Source: an uncultured Prevotellaceae bacterium (GTDB lineage: Bacteria > Bacteroidota > Bacteroidia > Bacteroidales > Bacteroidaceae). From it: 64,000 nt of DNA. The translations under genes and the position numbers were made by a program. The notes beneath the pieces were generated by a model. That model was given only the letters and a program-made list of their open reading frames with translations, was not told where the DNA came from and made no database searches. Positions 61,080 to 64,000 of this stretch are shown in pieces. The stretch is from the NCBI GenBank assembly GCA_902776545.1, contig CACYQO010000031.1:7161-71160 (forward strand), written 5' to 3'. Within the stretch, counting starts at the first letter, position 1. Each line of letters opens with the position of its first letter.

Positions 61080-62306
61080 TTATTTAGAAAAATATTTCTT
61101 GCCATTTTGAATGATGATTTTCGAGGAAAGTGGAAAGTGGAAAGTGGAAGGAGAATACTCACGGCCCAGAAGGTCATATGCAGGAGTATTCTCCTGTCTC
61201 CTGACTCCTGACTCCTGACTCCTCCTGTCTCCTGTCTCCTGACTCCTGATTCCCGTAATGGACGCCTCGAGATGCAGATCCTCTGCACCAAGGATCTCCG
61301 TCGATGTCTCACCCCACCATTCGGGTTGGGGACACTTCTGGTTCATACCGGTATAGACGCGTACGAAGTCTATATGGTCGAGATTGACGGGCTGGCGCTG
61401 TTCGTCCACAGCCCAGGATATATCGATGCCACAGCCTTCATAGTTATAAGAGGTGTCATCGGCATTGTCGGTGAAGTTGGGCAGGTTGTCGGCATAGCCA
61501 TAACGGAAACCCACCAGCACATAGTAATAGGGGCTCCAGGTCGCATCTACCTGATCGGAGAGGTTATGCATGTTATTGGGCAGACGGGTGCCACGGAAGG
61601 TCAGCTCGTCTTCTGGCAACCACAGGGGATAGTATTCCTGGGTGTGATAATGGTTGCGGTCGATAGTGCCGCTGTTGCCCTGATTGTCAGTCCAGGGGAT
61701 GTCACCCATGGAATTCCGTCGGTAGGTCACCTCGTAATCGTAAACCACCTTGCCCACGCTGTCTTCATCACAACTGCCACTGATCTCATACCAAGTGTCG
61801 TCAGGCAGGCCGTTGCCGTTGGTATCCTGCGACACCATCACGATGCCAGCCTCGTTCATACCACCAAACACCAGGTTTCTCATCTCCTGATAGGCGTTGC
61901 CCCATACGGCGAAGTCACGCTGACCAGGGAGATTGACGACGGGGTGGTCGAAATGGAAGGTGATATAGCCTCCCCAGCCGCCGAGGGCCACGAGATGGGC
62001 ATCGATGGGATTGAGCCCTGCCAGCCGCTCGTTGCACTTACGGATCATATCGGCCTCCGTATCGCCCTCCTCATACTCAGGTGCATCGTTGACGAACTGT
62101 CCAGGAGCCGGACGGTATTCATCCACCGCCTGGATATAACGCGAATGTTGTGCATTCGCAGTGAAAAGTGAAAAGTGAAAAGTGAAAAGTAGAGGCAGAA
62201 TCCTCCGCCACCAATTAGCTGTTAATATGTTTCTTTCCATTATCATAATTATCTGATTATACTTTTCATTTATCATAATTGTCTGTTTATACTTTTCACT
62301 TTTCAC
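61080..62306 (-). CDS. cell-surface protein of the B12 locus with T9SS-type C-terminal signal (start uncertain)
   Basis: YRPAPGQFVN, LGGWGG, VSQDTNGNGLPDD.WYE, YGYADN, GETSTE; TGI..YDLLGR..NGKK. Confidence 0.8.
   Translation of the reverse strand: MKSEKYKQTIMINEKYNQIIMIMERNILTANWWRRILPLLFTFHFSLFTANAQHSRYIQAVDEYRPAPGQFVNDAPEYEEGDTEADMIRKCNERLAGLNPIDAHLVALGGWGGYITFHFDHPVVNLPGQRDFAVWGNAYQEMRNLVFGGMNEAGIVMVSQDTNGNGLPDDTWYEISGSCDEDSVGKVVYDYEVTYRRNSMGDIPWTDNQGNSGTIDRNHYHTQEYYPLWLPEDELTFRGTRLPNNMHNLSDQVDATWSPYYYVLVGFRYGYADNLPNFTDNADDTSYNYEGCGIDISWAVDEQRQPVNLDHIDFVRVYTGMNQKCPQPEWWGETSTEILGAEDLHLEASITGIRSQETGDRRSQESGVRRQENTPAYDLLGREYSPSTFHFPLSSKIIIQNGKKYFSK
61123..61253. repeat. hybrid element (GGAAAGT)n-AGGAGAATACTC..GAGTATTCTCCT-(GACTCCT)n, in frame
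   Basis: 12-bp inner IR; the two outer heptamer tracts are different and not complementary. Confidence 0.88.
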
Positions 62307-62369
62307 TTCTCACTTTTCACTTTTCACTTCTCACTTCTCACTTTTCACTTTTCACTTCTCACTTTTCAC
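62161..62369. repeat. inverted heptamer element (GTGAAAA/TTTTCAC) without cargo gene
   Basis: 4 units at 62161-62188 followed by GTAGAGGCAGAA; 11 units at 62293-62369; 30-bp internal duplication. Confidence 0.92.
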
Positions 62370-63692
62370 TTCTAATAAAAATGCCGCGTGGCCAGGGATA
62401 TCACCCGTCTTGACTTTCCAGTCGAAGGTGCCATCAGCATGGAAGTGCAGCAGCTCACCGCTCGACACGTAGTTCTTGGCATCCATCAGATAGAAGTCAC
62501 GCTGCAGGGGATTCACGATGATGCCGTAGGGCATACGGATCTTCTGGATCTCAGGTGCTGTAGAGAGGGTATTCGTCACCACCTGATGACTGCGCACGTT
62601 GATGATGCCATAGGTAATGGTGTTCGTCATCGTCACCTCACTCCACTGGCTGCCGTAGAAATACAGCGAGTCACCTACGATGCAGAGGTCGCTGACAGAC
62701 TGGCCCAGATGGCCTCCCACTTTCATGTTGCCGTTGCCATCGGGTTCCAGCCAATAGATATTGGAAGATTCATCCATATAGTTTCCACGGGAGGTCACCC
62801 AGAGCTGTCCCAAATGGTCGGCTTTCAGATGATGCAGGTTCGGAGCCACCTCTATCTTGTCTGTCTCCTGCATCGTCGAGAGGTCAACGACGCTCACCGT
62901 ACTCTCATAGCCCTGTCCCGTCATACCCTGATAACCACCACTGTTGGCCACATAGAGACGGTTACCCAGGATGGCCATCTCCTCAGGCTGATAACCCACG
63001 CTGACGGAGTCTGTCTTCTGCAGCGTGAGGGTGTCCACCTTAAACACACTGCCTAAAGGACTTCTACTGGCTCCTGACTCCTGACTCCCGACTCCATATA
63101 CCGATCCGACATACGACGAGACGTAAGCAAAACCATCCTTGAAGGTGACATAGCGACAATTGGGGATATTGACCTTTCCGATTCTGACGGCATCGGCAGC
63201 ACGGGCCACCTCCACCTTGTTCGAACAGTTGATGACCAGCCAAAGTCGCGAACCGTAGATCTGACAGTCGTTACCCACATCGCCTAATGACATCACCGTC
63301 GAGGGATTGCGCTCGGAGTAGATATTACGATAATAATGTACAGTGGAGTCCTTTCCTGAGAGGTCGAGGAAGTCGAGGGTGGCCTTGTTCGAGCCCATAT
63401 TCCCCTCATTGAGCAGATACATGCCGATGATCTCACTCTTCGTCGTCTTTCCGCCCGTGTCGATATCCTCCATCGGCACTATCATCACGTCGTTCCTACA
63501 GGCAGACAGAAGAACGGATAAAGACAAAAGGACAGAGATGTTTATTTTTTTAGACAGAAGAACATAAGAACATAAGTTTTGGGCATAGAAGCATAGGGGA
63601 GAGCATAATAAATATGTTCTTATGTTCTTATGTCTAAAAACAAAATCCTTCTGTCTAAAAACAAGAATCTTATGTCTAATCTGTCTGATCAT
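62352..63692 (-). CDS. BtuG-like beta-propeller lipoprotein (DUF5074/YncE-like)
   Basis: Lipobox LSAC; LNEGNMGSN, LGDVGND, YVANSGG, DAKNYVSSG, TGDIP. Confidence 0.85.
   Translation of the reverse strand: MIRQIRHKILVFRQKDFVFRHKNIRTYLLCSPLCFYAQNLCSYVLLSKKINISVLLSLSVLLSACRNDVMIVPMEDIDTGGKTTKSEIIGMYLLNEGNMGSNKATLDFLDLSGKDSTVHYYRNIYSERNPSTVMSLGDVGNDCQIYGSRLWLVINCSNKVEVARAADAVRIGKVNIPNCRYVTFKDGFAYVSSYVGSVYGVGSQESGASRSPLGSVFKVDTLTLQKTDSVSVGYQPEEMAILGNRLYVANSGGYQGMTGQGYESTVSVVDLSTMQETDKIEVAPNLHHLKADHLGQLWVTSRGNYMDESSNIYWLEPDGNGNMKVGGHLGQSVSDLCIVGDSLYFYGSQWSEVTMTNTITYGIINVRSHQVVTNTLSTAPEIQKIRMPYGIIVNPLQRDFYLMDAKNYVSSGELLHFHADGTFDWKVKTGDIPGHAAFLLEVKSEK
63551..63679. repeat. inverted 8-mer element (ACATAAGA)n..(TCTTATGT)n in the BtuG-like signal region
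   Basis: TAGACAGAAGAACATAAGAACATAAG ... ATATGTTCTTATGTTCTTATGTCTA. Confidence 0.8.
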
Positions 63693-64000
63693 ATTTCTAC
63701 TGTTAATGAGAGAGCATAGTTTATGCCGGGCATGGGATAATTCACGATGACCTCATAGTCCTGATCCAACAGGTTATTCACCTCTGCCTGGGCGATGAAC
63801 TTGGTGCGATGCAACATAAACTGATACCGCAGCGACAGGTCGCTGGTGTACCAGGGTTCCATGTGGTTATAGAGGATGTTCTCCTGTTCGTCGTAGCGCT
63901 CTCCGGCATAGATGAATGAGTAGTTCAGATCCCAGCCCTTGTACTTCAGGCCGAGGATGGCCGATCCCGAGTGCCAGGGGATATAGGGTATCTGGTCGTT
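63689..64000 (-). CDS. TonB-dependent receptor C-terminus (BtuB-like; 5' part outside window)
   Basis: Hand translation QIPYIPWHSGS..EVNNLLDQDYEVIVNYPMPGINYALSLTVEI*; stop overlaps next ATG. Confidence 0.85.
   Translation of the reverse strand, partial: NDQIPYIPWHSGSAILGLKYKGWDLNYSFIYAGERYDEQENILYNHMEPWYTSDLSLRYQFMLHRTKFIAQAEVNNLLDQDYEVIVNYPMPGINYALSLTVEI

Noticed and set aside
60082..62171. Long + strand ORFs (60082-60813, 61272-62171) and similar antisense ORFs such as 19830-20930 and 35426-36382
   Set aside because: They are antisense shadows of well-supported genes and have no recognisable motifs.
1..64000. tRNA, rRNA, riboswitch, integrase or prophage genes
   Set aside because: None recognised by eye; a covariance-model search was not possible.

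Overview
Bacteroidales (Prevotella-like) chromosomal region, judged from TAnnTTTG -7 promoter boxes, T9SS proteins and gene content. It is mostly housekeeping (dtd, deoC, polA, ychF, lgt, mutS, leuS, nadA, acpP-fabF-rnc, gmk, nadD, guaA) and ends in a vitamin B12-type uptake locus. It holds a DnaA-box cluster that is a likely oriC (about 26.1-26.3 kb), a small Fic/GIY-YIG/ATPase accessory patch, and a CDP-sugar cassette bounded by a duplicated piece of a rubredoxin gene. The most striking signal is a dense set of inverted arrays of 7-, 8- and 9-nt tandem repeats. One array, (GTGAAAA)n...(TTTTCAC)n, encloses an AT-rich four-helix-bundle (23S rRNA IVP/Avd-like) gene at 40699-41049. Four gene-less copies with the same inner flanks sit at gene junctions, where they supply stop/start codons and the hydrophobic core (FTFHFSLF-type) of signal peptides. 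Other repeat families insert in frame in genes and share a GAGA(A/T)TAC junction motif. Four short internal deletions in conserved genes (polA, leuS, trmH, fabF/rnc) are most likely assembly artefacts. All family assignments are from motif recognition, not database searches.
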